From positions 96,001 through 160,000 of the forward strand of contig CAWBOS010000013.1 of assembly GCA_963790475.1 (NCBI GenBank): a DNA stretch of 64,000 bases, given 5' to 3'. Positions within the stretch are counted from its first letter, which is position 1. Each line of letters begins with the position of its first letter. Below, piece by piece: positions 40,001 through 49,553 of this stretch. The stretch is from an uncultured delta proteobacterium. GTDB lineage: Bacteria > Desulfobacterota > RBG-13-43-22. Below the pieces are notes generated by a model. It was not told the DNA's origin. It searched no databases and saw only the letters and a list, made by a program, of their open reading frames with translations. Position numbers and translations under genes: made by a program.

Positions 40001-40636
40001 CTACATAACCGTTCTTACAGACTTTCCAGCTGCCTGAATTAAGGCGTCGGTCAATAACCATCCCAGGATAGCCAGACATTCCATGTCCAAATATCCAGTG
40101 GTATTTTGCTGGAAAAGCAATCCCCCTTGGGCCGGAAACTCTTCGTCTTCGTCATTAAACAGCAGCAAGATCGGAATTTTGGGCAAGACATCGAACCGGG
40201 CAATAATCTGATAAGACAACTCCAGGTTAGCCGGTCCGGCTCCCAGTTCTTGACAGGCCCCTTTCAAATCTTCAAGCCGGTTGGAAAATTCTTTCACCAG
40301 GGCTTTTTCGGTGTTGCTGTTGAATCCGCCCACAAAAGGGGCGGCATCTTTGAAATCTTTGTAAGTGACCCAATTATCTCCTTTCGGTTCCTGATCAGGA
40401 CTTAAGAGGAGATATCTGCAAAGCAAAATACTGACGGCAGGCAACGGCTCCTTACCTGATCGTTCATAAACCCCTTTCGGAGAAACCTGATAGGTTTTCT
40501 CCATCAGTGAAATAAAGGCTTCTCCGCCCCTGATTTCAATCTCTAGGATTTTAGACCTGGAGGCAAAATCGATCCCGACTAACTGCTTCAGATAATCTTG
40601 ATAGGTTTCTTCAAAAATAGAAGAATCAAAAGTCAT
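40001..40636 (-). CDS. DUF3786-family protein
   Basis: WVTYKDF, LPKIPILLLFNDEDEEFPA, YLDMECLAILG. Confidence 0.8.
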   Translation of the reverse strand: MTFDSSIFEETYQDYLKQLVGIDFASRSKILEIEIRGGEAFISLMEKTYQVSPKGVYERSGKEPLPAVSILLCRYLLLSPDQEPKGDNWVTYKDFKDAAPFVGGFNSNTEKALVKEFSNRLEDLKGACQELGAGPANLELSYQIIARFDVLPKIPILLLFNDEDEEFPAQGGLLFQQNTTGYLDMECLAILGWLLTDALIQAAGKSVRTVM

Positions 40637-40982
40637 AACCGATCCCTTTTGGACAACTCAGTTTTTGGGAACCCTCAGTGGCCCCGATTATTTTTCAAAG
40701 GACCAAGGGGCTCTTTTCGCAGACGATTCGATTTGGGGGCCTAAAAAAAGGATTGAATTTCAAAAATCGAATCAAATAAAATTATTCTACTATGGAAAAG
40801 GAATGGAAATCAAGCCAGGAGCTTATCATCGTTGTTGACAGACCCAAAATTCCAAGTAATATAGGATGTGAATTGAATGAAATATCGAGTGGGGCGGAGA
40901 ATTATCTGAATCCTCTATCCTCCCATCCAAGAACCGCTCCCCGAAGGGGCTGGTGAATATAAATCATGACCAAGGAAACCCC

Positions 40983-42500
40983 ATGAACCGACCTTTTTCT
41001 CTTATGATCGCCGATGATGAAAGAGTCATCCGTGAAGGGATTCAACGGGTTCTTTCCCGGGAGAACCTTGAGATTCACCTGGCTGAAAACGGGGTGCAGG
41101 TCTGGGAGGCCATGCAGCAACGCGGCTTCGATCTGCTCCTGGTCGATCTGAGGATGCCCCAGTTGGACGGAATGGAACTCCTTCATCGTATAAAAGAGCG
41201 CTATCCGGATCAGATTTTTATCATCATCACCGGTCACGCCACCATTGAAGCGGCTGTGGAAGCCATGAAATTAGGGGCCTATGACTTCATCACCAAACCC
41301 TTTGTTCCTGATCAACTGAGACAGGCGGTCCGTCGTGCCCTGGAAAAACGATCCCTGGAAATGGAGGCCCTCCAACTACGAGAAGAGCGGGAAAAGAGCC
41401 TCAAAGACATCGCCATGGAAAAGAGTCGCATTCAAACCATCATCCACTCTATGGCCAGCGGGGTCTTGGTTACTGATCGGGATCAGATTGTGGTCCTCTA
41501 TAATCCGGCCTTGACTCACTTGTTAAAGATTCCCGGAGAACCTCTGGTTGGGAAACCCCTTCCGGGAAGCCCCTCTATGAAAAGCCTGACCGAAGCTATT
41601 GCTCAGGTGTTAAAAGAGGAAGGACCCCGGACTATTTCTGAGGAAACTTCTTTGGATGATCCTGAACCCGTATATCTCCGGGCCCACACCGCAGCCGTTA
41701 CCGGTGATGAGGGAGAAATCCTGGGCTCGGTCTCAGTAATCGAGGATATCACCTATTTAAAGGCCATGGACCTGATGAAAAATGAATTTGTGGCCATGGT
41801 CGCCCACGAACTGCGGTCCCCCATAGCCGCTATTCAACAGCAAATTTCGGTCATCCTCCAGGGGCTGGCAGGCGCGGTAACCGAAAAACAGCAGGAACTT
41901 TTGGGGCGATCCCAAGAACGGGCCAACGGGTTGTTGGATATGATTCGAGACCTGCTGGACATTTCCAAGATGGACACCGGCCGGTCCTTCCAGCAAAAGG
42001 AACACCTGAATCTCTTTCCCCTGGCGGACAAAACCGTCTCCTTCTTACAGCCCCAAGCTCAAGCCAAAAACCAGACTCTGACCCTTCAAGCCCAAGAGGA
42101 CCTTCCACTTATTAATGCCGATCCCCAGGCCATGGAGGAAATAATGACCAATCTGATTTCCAATGCCATCAAATTTACACCGGAAGGGGGGACCATTCAG
42201 GTCCTTTTGAAGCCGGAATTCGACTACCTCCTTATTCAGGTTTCGGATAACGGGATTGGCATTGCCCAGAAGGATCTTCCGCGGATTTTTGATAAGTTTT
42301 ATCGGGTGAAAAGTGAGAAAACCAGAAAAATCGTCGGGACAGGGTTAGGGTTACCCATCGTCAAACAAATAGTTGAAGCTCACCTGGGTTATATTCGAGT
42401 AGAAAGTCAACCGGATCAGGGATCGAGCTTCAAGGTCTTCATCCCTTCCATACCCCCAGAAAGGACACCCTATGATCATACCTCTTCTGAAAAAGAGTGA
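40983..42500 (+). CDS. Hybrid sensor kinase (REC-PAS-HisKA-HATPase)
   Basis: IADDE, VAHELRSP, NLISNAIKFT, GTGLGL. Confidence 0.92.
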   Translation: MNRPFSLMIADDERVIREGIQRVLSRENLEIHLAENGVQVWEAMQQRGFDLLLVDLRMPQLDGMELLHRIKERYPDQIFIIITGHATIEAAVEAMKLGAYDFITKPFVPDQLRQAVRRALEKRSLEMEALQLREEREKSLKDIAMEKSRIQTIIHSMASGVLVTDRDQIVVLYNPALTHLLKIPGEPLVGKPLPGSPSMKSLTEAIAQVLKEEGPRTISEETSLDDPEPVYLRAHTAAVTGDEGEILGSVSVIEDITYLKAMDLMKNEFVAMVAHELRSPIAAIQQQISVILQGLAGAVTEKQQELLGRSQERANGLLDMIRDLLDISKMDTGRSFQQKEHLNLFPLADKTVSFLQPQAQAKNQTLTLQAQEDLPLINADPQAMEEIMTNLISNAIKFTPEGGTIQVLLKPEFDYLLIQVSDNGIGIAQKDLPRIFDKFYRVKSEKTRKIVGTGLGLPIVKQIVEAHLGYIRVESQPDQGSSFKVFIPSIPPERTPYDHTSSEKE

Positions 42501-42918
42501 GTTGTTTAATAAAGTTTCTCCCGAAGAGATGAAAGTGTTGACCCCCCTCTCCCAAGAAAAGACCTTCTCCACGGGAACGATTATCTTTTCACAAAACGCT
42601 CCGGCAGAAAGAGTCTATCTCCTGGACCATGGGTCGGTGGCTCTAAAAACCGTTCTCTCCAATGGTCTGGAAATCACCTACGAAATGATTACCAAACCAG
42701 GGGAGCCTTTCGGCTGGTCGGCCCTGATCGAACCTTTTCGGCACATGACCACCGCCCTTTGTCTGGAAGATACCAAGGCCATGGTTTTCAACCGGAAAGA
42801 TCTATACCGAGTTTTTCCCAAGCACCCCAGCCTGGGATTTAAGATCATGCGGAATTTATCTATTCTGATCGCCAAACGCCTGGAGCGTACGCGCAGATTG
42901 TTGGTGGGGCAAATATAA
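42472..42918 (+). CDS. Cyclic-nucleotide-binding (Crp-like) domain protein, no HTH
   Basis: IFSQNAPAERVYLLDHGSV, GEPFGWSAL. Confidence 0.85.
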   Translation: MIIPLLKKSELFNKVSPEEMKVLTPLSQEKTFSTGTIIFSQNAPAERVYLLDHGSVALKTVLSNGLEITYEMITKPGEPFGWSALIEPFRHMTTALCLEDTKAMVFNRKDLYRVFPKHPSLGFKIMRNLSILIAKRLERTRRLLVGQI

Positions 42919-43083
42919 ATAATCCGAAGGGAAGGACTTTATCCGGGTTCGGACCGCTGATTTCCGTTTTTCCACTTGACCCTCTTTTCATCTTATCCTA
43001 TACTCAGGCCTGCTTTATAAGCTAAGGTCAGTCATACCGATCAGTCCGCCGCATTCGGTTTGTTTTCAAAAGAGGCTTTTCCT

Positions 43084-44559
43084 ATGCGTTCGGAAACAGA
43101 AAACCAATTTCTTCTAAAAGCCATTGAGGCCTTTAGAACACGCTTGATCGTAATTTCCCCGGAGTTTAAAATTCTGGCGGTCAACGGCGGCTTGGAGGGA
43201 ACCGATAGTTCGAAGATTGTTGGAAGTCTCTGCCACCAGGTCTTTTACGACCGCCCGGAACCCTGCCCCAACTGCGCGGTCCATAGAGCCAGAGAAACCG
43301 GCCTCCCGGCCTTACAGCCAAAACTGGGAGAATTTACCGAGACCAGGGCCATCCCCTGTCTTTATGCCTATCCGGTTTATACTGACAATAAAATTGAAGC
43401 CTTCGTCAGCCTGGATTTCGACCTTCCGGCCCGTAGCGAAATCGAAGTCTCCCTGCAGAGTTCGAATGCCCTGCTGCGCAATCTGATCCTCAGCGCCGTT
43501 GATGGGGTCATTGCCGCCGACAAAAAGGGTCGAATCCTGATTTTCAACGAAATGGCGGCTGAGCTGTTCGGTTACGGCGTGGCCGAAGCCATGGAAAGCT
43601 TAGATATCCGGGACATCTATCCCGATCAAAAAGAGCTGGAGGTCATGAAGGCCCTGCGCAGTGAGGACTACGGCGGACGGGGCAAGCTGCACTCTTTCGA
43701 AGTAGAAGTTATCAATAAGAAGGGGGAACATATCCCTATTGATCTGAATGCTTCCATCGTCTATGAAGGGGATCGGGAAGTGGCCACCATCGGCTTTTTT
43801 CGTGACCAGCGCGGGATCAACCGCATGAAGGAAGAACTGGAAAGGACCCAACTGCAATTACTTCAGTCGGAAAAAATGGCCTCCCTGGGCAAGCTGGCGG
43901 CCGGCGTGGCCCATCAGCTTAATAATCCCTTGTCCGGCATCATCCTGTTCACCCGGTTGGTCCTGGAGGAGTACACCCTGGAAGAGGGCGCCAGAAAGGA
44001 CCTCACCCGGGTCATAGAAGATGCCGAACGCTGCCGGGACACGGTCAAGGAACTGCTGGAATTCGCCCGCCAGACCAAACATATCCGGCGGCCTCACGAT
44101 ATTAACCGGGCCATTTCCCGGACCCTTTTTCTATTGGAAAATCAAACGCTGTTTCAAAACATTGACATTGAAAAGCACCTGGACCCAAATTTACCCCCGG
44201 TGACCGCTGACATCCAACAACTGAACCATATGTTTATGAATATTATTCTAAACGCCGCCCAGGCCATGGAAGGAAAGGGTAATTTAATTATAAGAACCAC
44301 GGCCCTTCCCGAAAAGGAACAGGTCCGCATCGAAATTTCAGATACCGGCCCGGGGATTCCCGACGATATCCTGTCCCATATCTTTGATCCCTTTTTTACC
44401 ACTAAACAAGAGGGAGAAGGGACCGGCTTGGGATTAAGTTTGGTATACGGGATTGTACAAAATCAGGGGGGTGAAATCAAGGTTCAGAGTACCCTGGGTG
44501 AGGGAGCGACCTTCATCATCGACCTGCCCATCATGCCCAAAGCAGACGGAGGAAGCTGA
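43084..44559 (+). CDS. PAS sensor histidine kinase (NtrB-like)
   Basis: Cys-containing PAS CHQVFYDRPEPCPNC, SEKMASLGKLAAGVAHQLNNP, FDPFFTTK. Confidence 0.92.
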   Translation: MRSETENQFLLKAIEAFRTRLIVISPEFKILAVNGGLEGTDSSKIVGSLCHQVFYDRPEPCPNCAVHRARETGLPALQPKLGEFTETRAIPCLYAYPVYTDNKIEAFVSLDFDLPARSEIEVSLQSSNALLRNLILSAVDGVIAADKKGRILIFNEMAAELFGYGVAEAMESLDIRDIYPDQKELEVMKALRSEDYGGRGKLHSFEVEVINKKGEHIPIDLNASIVYEGDREVATIGFFRDQRGINRMKEELERTQLQLLQSEKMASLGKLAAGVAHQLNNPLSGIILFTRLVLEEYTLEEGARKDLTRVIEDAERCRDTVKELLEFARQTKHIRRPHDINRAISRTLFLLENQTLFQNIDIEKHLDPNLPPVTADIQQLNHMFMNIILNAAQAMEGKGNLIIRTTALPEKEQVRIEISDTGPGIPDDILSHIFDPFFTTKQEGEGTGLGLSLVYGIVQNQGGEIKVQSTLGEGATFIIDLPIMPKADGGS

Positions 44560-44560
44560 A

Positions 44561-46053
44561 GTGAATAAGGAGCTCGAGGGAATACGGATTCTGGTAGTGG
44601 ACGACGAACGGGATATCCGCGATGCTTCGGAGCGTATTCTGAGCCGCGTCGGTTTTCAATTGGTTACCGCCAAACGCGGAGAGGAAGCCCTCCAGGTCTT
44701 TCAGGAGGCGCACCCGGCCATCGTGCTCCTTGACTTAAAGATGCCCGGCATGGACGGCATGGAGGTTCTTAAGCGCCTCCGGGAAGGGGACCCTTCCATT
44801 CTGGTGATTGTCATTACCGGTTACGCCACGGTGGAAACAGCCATTGAAGCCATGAAGCAGGGCGCCTATGATTTCATCCCCAAGCCTTTCGAACCGGATC
44901 AGCTGCGTATTGTGGTCAATCGGGCGGCTGAAAAAATCCGCCTGACCCGGGAAGCCAAAAAACTGGAACAGGAAAAAGCCCGCACCATGTCCGATTTGGA
45001 CACCGAAAAAAGCCGCTTGCGGACGATCATCGAATCGCTGCCGGATGGGGTTATGGTCACCAACACCAGCGGACAGGTGGTGCTGATCAATCCCTCCTGC
45101 AAACAGATGCTGAAACTGGACCCCGACACCGCACCGGGCCGGCCTATTCAAGAGTATGTAGCGGATGAAGCCTTGTGCAATCTGGGTCTGGATATATCCA
45201 AAGGAAAATATGTGGATTACGGGGATATCCCCGAGCAGGAGTTCGCCCTGACCGATGGAACCTATCCTGCGGGCCATGGCCCTGCCGGTCTTGGGAGAAC
45301 GAAAGGAATGCCTGGGAGCGATCATCAATTTCATCGACATCACTTCCATGAAGGCCCTCGATCGGCTGAAGTCGGAGTTTGTGGCCAAAGTCTCCCATGA
45401 ATTGCGTTCACCCCTTTCCACCATCCATGAACAGATCGCCATAGTCGTTGGCGACCTGGTGAGCAGCCAGCCCCAACAGCACCAACACCTGCTGGCCCGG
45501 GCCAAGGAAAAAACCCAGGGGTTGATCTCTTTGATCGGTGATCTGCTCGACTTATCGCGGATTGAGGAAGGGAATCACCAGCCGGGAGCCGAAACCGATC
45601 CGGGTGGACGAACTGTTGAAAAATATCGTCGATTTTCTTTCCACCAGGGCCTCGGCCAAAAAACAATCCCTGACCCTTGAGGTTCTATCCCGGGACCTGC
45701 CGGAAATCAAGGCCGATCCCCTGGCCCTGGAAAGCATTTTCGGAAATCTGATCACCAATGCCATCACCTATACCCAGGAAGGAGGCTGCATTCGAGTTGA
45801 ATTGGACCGGGCCGGCATCAATATCCGGGTCAAAGTAGTGGACAACGGCTTCGGTATTGCCGAAAAATATATCGACAAAATTTTCGATCGCTTTTACCGG
45901 GTTAAGGATGAAAGAACCCGCTATATCACCGGGACCGGGCTGGGGCTTCCCATTGTCAAAGGCCTGGTGGATTCTTTGGGCGGGATCATCGAGGTGACCA
46001 GTACCCCTGGGGAGGGATCGACCTTCACCGTTCTGCTTCCGGTCCAACAGTGA
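44561..46053 (+). CDS. Hybrid sensor kinase REC-PAS-HisKA-HATPase (two +1 frameshifts near 45267 and 45571)
   Basis: Three ORF pieces join into a paralogue of 40983-42500 (VSHELRSP, NLITNAITYT, GTGLGL). Confidence 0.85.
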
Positions 46054-46061
46054 AACACCCC

Positions 46062-46881
46062 TTAGGCGTTATCCCGTAAAGCGTTTAGAAACTCCTCCGG
46101 AGGAACCTGCAATCCGGTCCACAAGGCAAAGGCCCTTCGGGCCTGGTAGGCCAGGGCCGACAACCCGTCCATAAACCGAATGTCTTTGGACCGGGCCAGC
46201 TCTTCCCAAAAATTTCTTTGGCGGCCGTAATTAAGATCAAAAACCAACCGGCATCCCGGGAGATCAAGACTGCTCACCAGATCGGCCATTTCCGGAGATT
46301 CATCACGGCTGGAAACTGATGTGGCATTGACTACAATATCTACGGGGAGCGGGCCTTCGGGGAAGGACGACAAATCCAGCGGCTCCCCACCCAAGTGTCT
46401 CAATAAGGGCCTTTGTTTTATCCATATTGCGTCCGGCGACATAGATGGTAGCCGCCCGCAGCCAGTTTAAAATAAACACCACCGCCCTGGCCACCCCGCC
46501 GGTTCCAAAAACTAAGGCCACTTTCCCGTCCACCTCGAATCCCGCTTCGTTGAGCGCATCCATGACGCCGATGGCATTCGTATTGTATCCCTTCAAACGA
46601 TCCCCGTCCCGAACAACGGTATTAACCGCTCCGATGATGTTGGCGCCCTCGGAAAGGACATCCAACAAAGGGAGCACGGCTTCCTTGTAGGGGACGGTGA
46701 TGTTGGCCCCGGCCATGTGCAGGATCCGGATACTTTGAATGGCCTGTCCCAGGTCCTGGGGTTTGACGACGAAGGGGACATAGGTCCCATTAATGCCCTG
46801 ACGTTTCAGGACCCGGGAAAACATAATCGGAGATTTCGATTGTCCCGCCCGTTCGTCACTCAGAATACAAAAAACTTTCAT
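46062..46881 (-). CDS. aroE: Shikimate dehydrogenase-family protein (+1 frameshift near 46398)
   Basis: SKSP, GANITVPYK, GAVNT, GTGGVARA, VNATS, FDLNY, DGLSALAYQA. Confidence 0.85.
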
Positions 46882-46992
46882 CGTAATTATCCGGGGAAAG
46901 GATTCAAGGGTAATAGTTCGGAGTTCGAAGTAACATCTTATTGCCGAATCATAAATCCAACAACTCCGAACTCCCAACTCTGAGCTTCTTTA

Positions 46993-47385
46993 TTACAGCC
47001 CCAGCAGCCTTTTCAGGCTTTTGGTGATTTCTTCGGCCGAGGCCGGTTTGCTGATGTAGTCATCGGCTTCAGTGGACATACCGTCGTAATGGGAGTAGCG
47101 TGTGGAGGTCACATGGGAGGCTACCGCCGTCAGCAGGATAATGGGGATGTCACGGTATCGGTCATCCTTTTTGAGTTCTTTGCAGACCTCGTACCCGTCT
47201 TTTTCAGGCATCATCACATCCAGCACAATGGCATCAGGCGGATTGGAGCGCACCTTTTCCAGACCCTCCACCCCGTTATAAGCCACCTCAACCTTGAAGC
47301 CCTCTTTTTCCAAATTACCCTGGACGATGATAGCGAAGTCCGGTTCATCGTCTACAACTAAGACCCTCTTTTGCTGGTTCATCAT
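46993..47385 (-). CDS. Single-domain response regulator
   Basis: VVDDEP, LDVMMP, LLTAV, ISKP. Confidence 0.92.
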   Translation of the reverse strand: MMNQQKRVLVVDDEPDFAIIVQGNLEKEGFKVEVAYNGVEGLEKVRSNPPDAIVLDVMMPEKDGYEVCKELKKDDRYRDIPIILLTAVASHVTSTRYSHYDGMSTEADDYISKPASAEEITKSLKRLLGL

Positions 47386-47433
47386 GACCTCCCCATCTGT
47401 ATCGCATTCAGTTAATTGTTACCTTTTTTATTT

Positions 47434-48366
47434 TTATTCAACCGTCGGTCTCGGAAACAAGCCTGACCTTTCCACGATTTCCGGGACCATCTCCTCCCAT
47501 TCGATAGCCATGATGTGAAATCCGGCCACCCCTTTTACTCCTTTAAGGCGCTGGATGGACTCAACGCAGATTTTGATCCCCTCTTCGGCCTGTTTTTCTT
47601 TGGGTGTGTCCGCCAGGCGCTTGACAACAGCATCCGGCACGTCCATACCGGGCACCCGGTTTTTCATGTAGCGGGCCATCCCGGCTGATTTCATCGGGGT
47701 CAACCCGGCCAAAATATAAACCTGCTCGGTCAACCCCCGGTCCCGGGCTTTGCTCAGCCAGTCTTCAAATTTGTCCAGATTATAGATGCATTGGGTCTGG
47801 ATAAACTCGGCCCCGGCGGCCACTTTCTTGGCCAACCGCGGTACACGGATTTCGTAGGGGTCGGCAAAGGGATTAGCCGCTGCTCCGACGAACATCTGCG
47901 GAGGCCGGCTGATGGCATCACCTCCCAGAAACTTGCCTTCGTCGCGCATATGTCTGACGGTCTGGACCAGCTGCAGCGAGTCGATGTCGTGGACGTTCTG
48001 TCCCTGGGCACAGTCCCCGAAACTCTGATGATCTCCTGAAAGGCAGAGGATATTGTGGATGTCGAATGAGGCCGCGCCCAGAATGTCGCTTTGGAGGGCG
48101 ATCCGGTTCCGATCCCGGGTCACCATCTGCAAAACGGGTTCCAGCCCCATCAACTTCAGTCGAATACAGGCGGCCAGACTGCACAAACGGGTCATGGAGG
48201 TCTGGTTGTCGGTCACATTGATGGCATCAACATGGTTCTTAATCATTTCCGCCTTGCGAGTAATCACCTCAGGGTCACTGCCGCGAGGGGGACCGCATTC
48301 GGAGGTGACGGCCATCTTTCCGGAAGCCAAAATTTTTTCCAGTTTGCTCGGTGTCTTGGCCTTCAT
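47434..48366 (-). CDS. metF: Methylenetetrahydrofolate reductase
   Basis: ECGPPRG, AINVTDN, RDRNRIALQSD, LSGDH, IQTQ. Confidence 0.93.
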   Translation of the reverse strand: MKAKTPSKLEKILASGKMAVTSECGPPRGSDPEVITRKAEMIKNHVDAINVTDNQTSMTRLCSLAACIRLKLMGLEPVLQMVTRDRNRIALQSDILGAASFDIHNILCLSGDHQSFGDCAQGQNVHDIDSLQLVQTVRHMRDEGKFLGGDAISRPPQMFVGAAANPFADPYEIRVPRLAKKVAAGAEFIQTQCIYNLDKFEDWLSKARDRGLTEQVYILAGLTPMKSAGMARYMKNRVPGMDVPDAVVKRLADTPKEKQAEEGIKICVESIQRLKGVKGVAGFHIMAIEWEEMVPEIVERSGLFPRPTVE

Positions 48367-49031
48367 AGCTTCAAATCCTCCCTGACGACTTTTCGCGGTC
48401 CGCCGGCCCGGTCGGTGGACCAGTTCTTGATTGGGGTCAGTTTTTCATAGTCATCCATCCGCCCCAGGGCCTTCAGCCGGTCGATGATCAACTGCCAGGC
48501 GCAGGGGACCTCTTTGCTGATTTCACATTTTCCGGCCGTAGACCCGCCGCAGGGCCCGTTCAGGATCCGCTTGGCGCAGCGGGAAACCGGACAGATGCCG
48601 CCTGAAATGGCCAGCAGACACTGGCCGCAACCCTGGCAGCGTTCGGACCAGACCCCCCTGGCCTCGTTGGCCCCCATGAACAGGGTGTTCACCCCGGGGT
48701 AAACCGGTTTGGTCTGGTACTTTTCGGCGGTGAATTGAACCCCGACCCCACAGGCAATAGACAACACCGCCTCATAGTGATCGAGGCTGTCCCGGATCTC
48801 TTCCAGGTACTCATGATCACACTGCCGCTCCAGGGTCCGTTCCCCGATGTTCACTTCCCGCCCCTGCTGCAGGAAATGCATGCGCAAGGCCGAGGCCAGA
48901 AGGCCCACTTCTTTCTTCCCGCCGACCTCGCAAACCGTTACGCATTCATTACATCCCAAGACCAGGACGCTCTGGCAGTCTTTGACGTAATCAATGATTT
49001 CTTCTATCGGCTTTTTATCGGCCACAATCAT
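48363..49031 (-). CDS. metV: MTHFR small Fe-S/Zn subunit
   Basis: GCNECVTVC, RQCD, ACGVG, CQGCGQC, CPVSRCAKRILNGPCGG, CAW; stop overlaps the metF start. Confidence 0.9.
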   Translation of the reverse strand: MIVADKKPIEEIIDYVKDCQSVLVLGCNECVTVCEVGGKKEVGLLASALRMHFLQQGREVNIGERTLERQCDHEYLEEIRDSLDHYEAVLSIACGVGVQFTAEKYQTKPVYPGVNTLFMGANEARGVWSERCQGCGQCLLAISGGICPVSRCAKRILNGPCGGSTAGKCEISKEVPCAWQLIIDRLKALGRMDDYEKLTPIKNWSTDRAGGPRKVVREDLKL

Positions 49032-49079
49032 CGCTTTTGACCTCCATTTCTGATTGTTTCGCAGGTTTCATTAATCTGC

Positions 49080-49553
49080 TTAAAGGGTTACACCAGCGGC
49101 CTCTTTCTGATCCTGCCGGATTTTTTTCAGTTTTTTCAAGACCCCTCGAATCGGATTCGGGCCGGCTTCAAGAATTCGGGCGTGCATTTCCTCGGCAAAC
49201 CGGGCGAACAGGGGACCATCGCTGGAAGACAGGTTGAACATCTGCAATCGATGGCCGCCGATACCGATGGCGTCCAGGGTTTTCCGGATTTGCTCCACCC
49301 GGGCCTTGGCCCTGAAATTGCCTTTTTCGTAATGGCAGTCCCCTTCGCGGCATCCCACCAAATAAACCCCGTCGGCCCCCTTCTCAAAGGATCGCATCAG
49401 ATGCAGGGCATCGACTTTTCCGGTGCAGGGAACGCGAATAATCTTTATGGACGAAGGATAACCCAAGCGCATCGAACCTGCCAGGTCCGCAGCCGTGTAT
49501 CCTCAGAAATTACAGCAGAAGGCGATGATGATCGGCTTAAAATCTTGGCTCAT
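49080..49553 (-). CDS. mvhD: MvhD/FlpD [2Fe-2S] subunit, selenoprotein (Sec at codon 17)
   Basis: [19 protein letters not shown](49503-49505)-GYTAADLAG..VPCTGK..GCREGDCHY; ATG overlaps the hdrA stop (ATGA). Confidence 0.9.
49474..49488 (-). promoter_or_regulatory. Putative bacterial SECIS of mvhD
   Basis: GGACCU-GGC-AGGUUC hairpin starting 14 nt 3' of the UGA. Confidence 0.65.
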
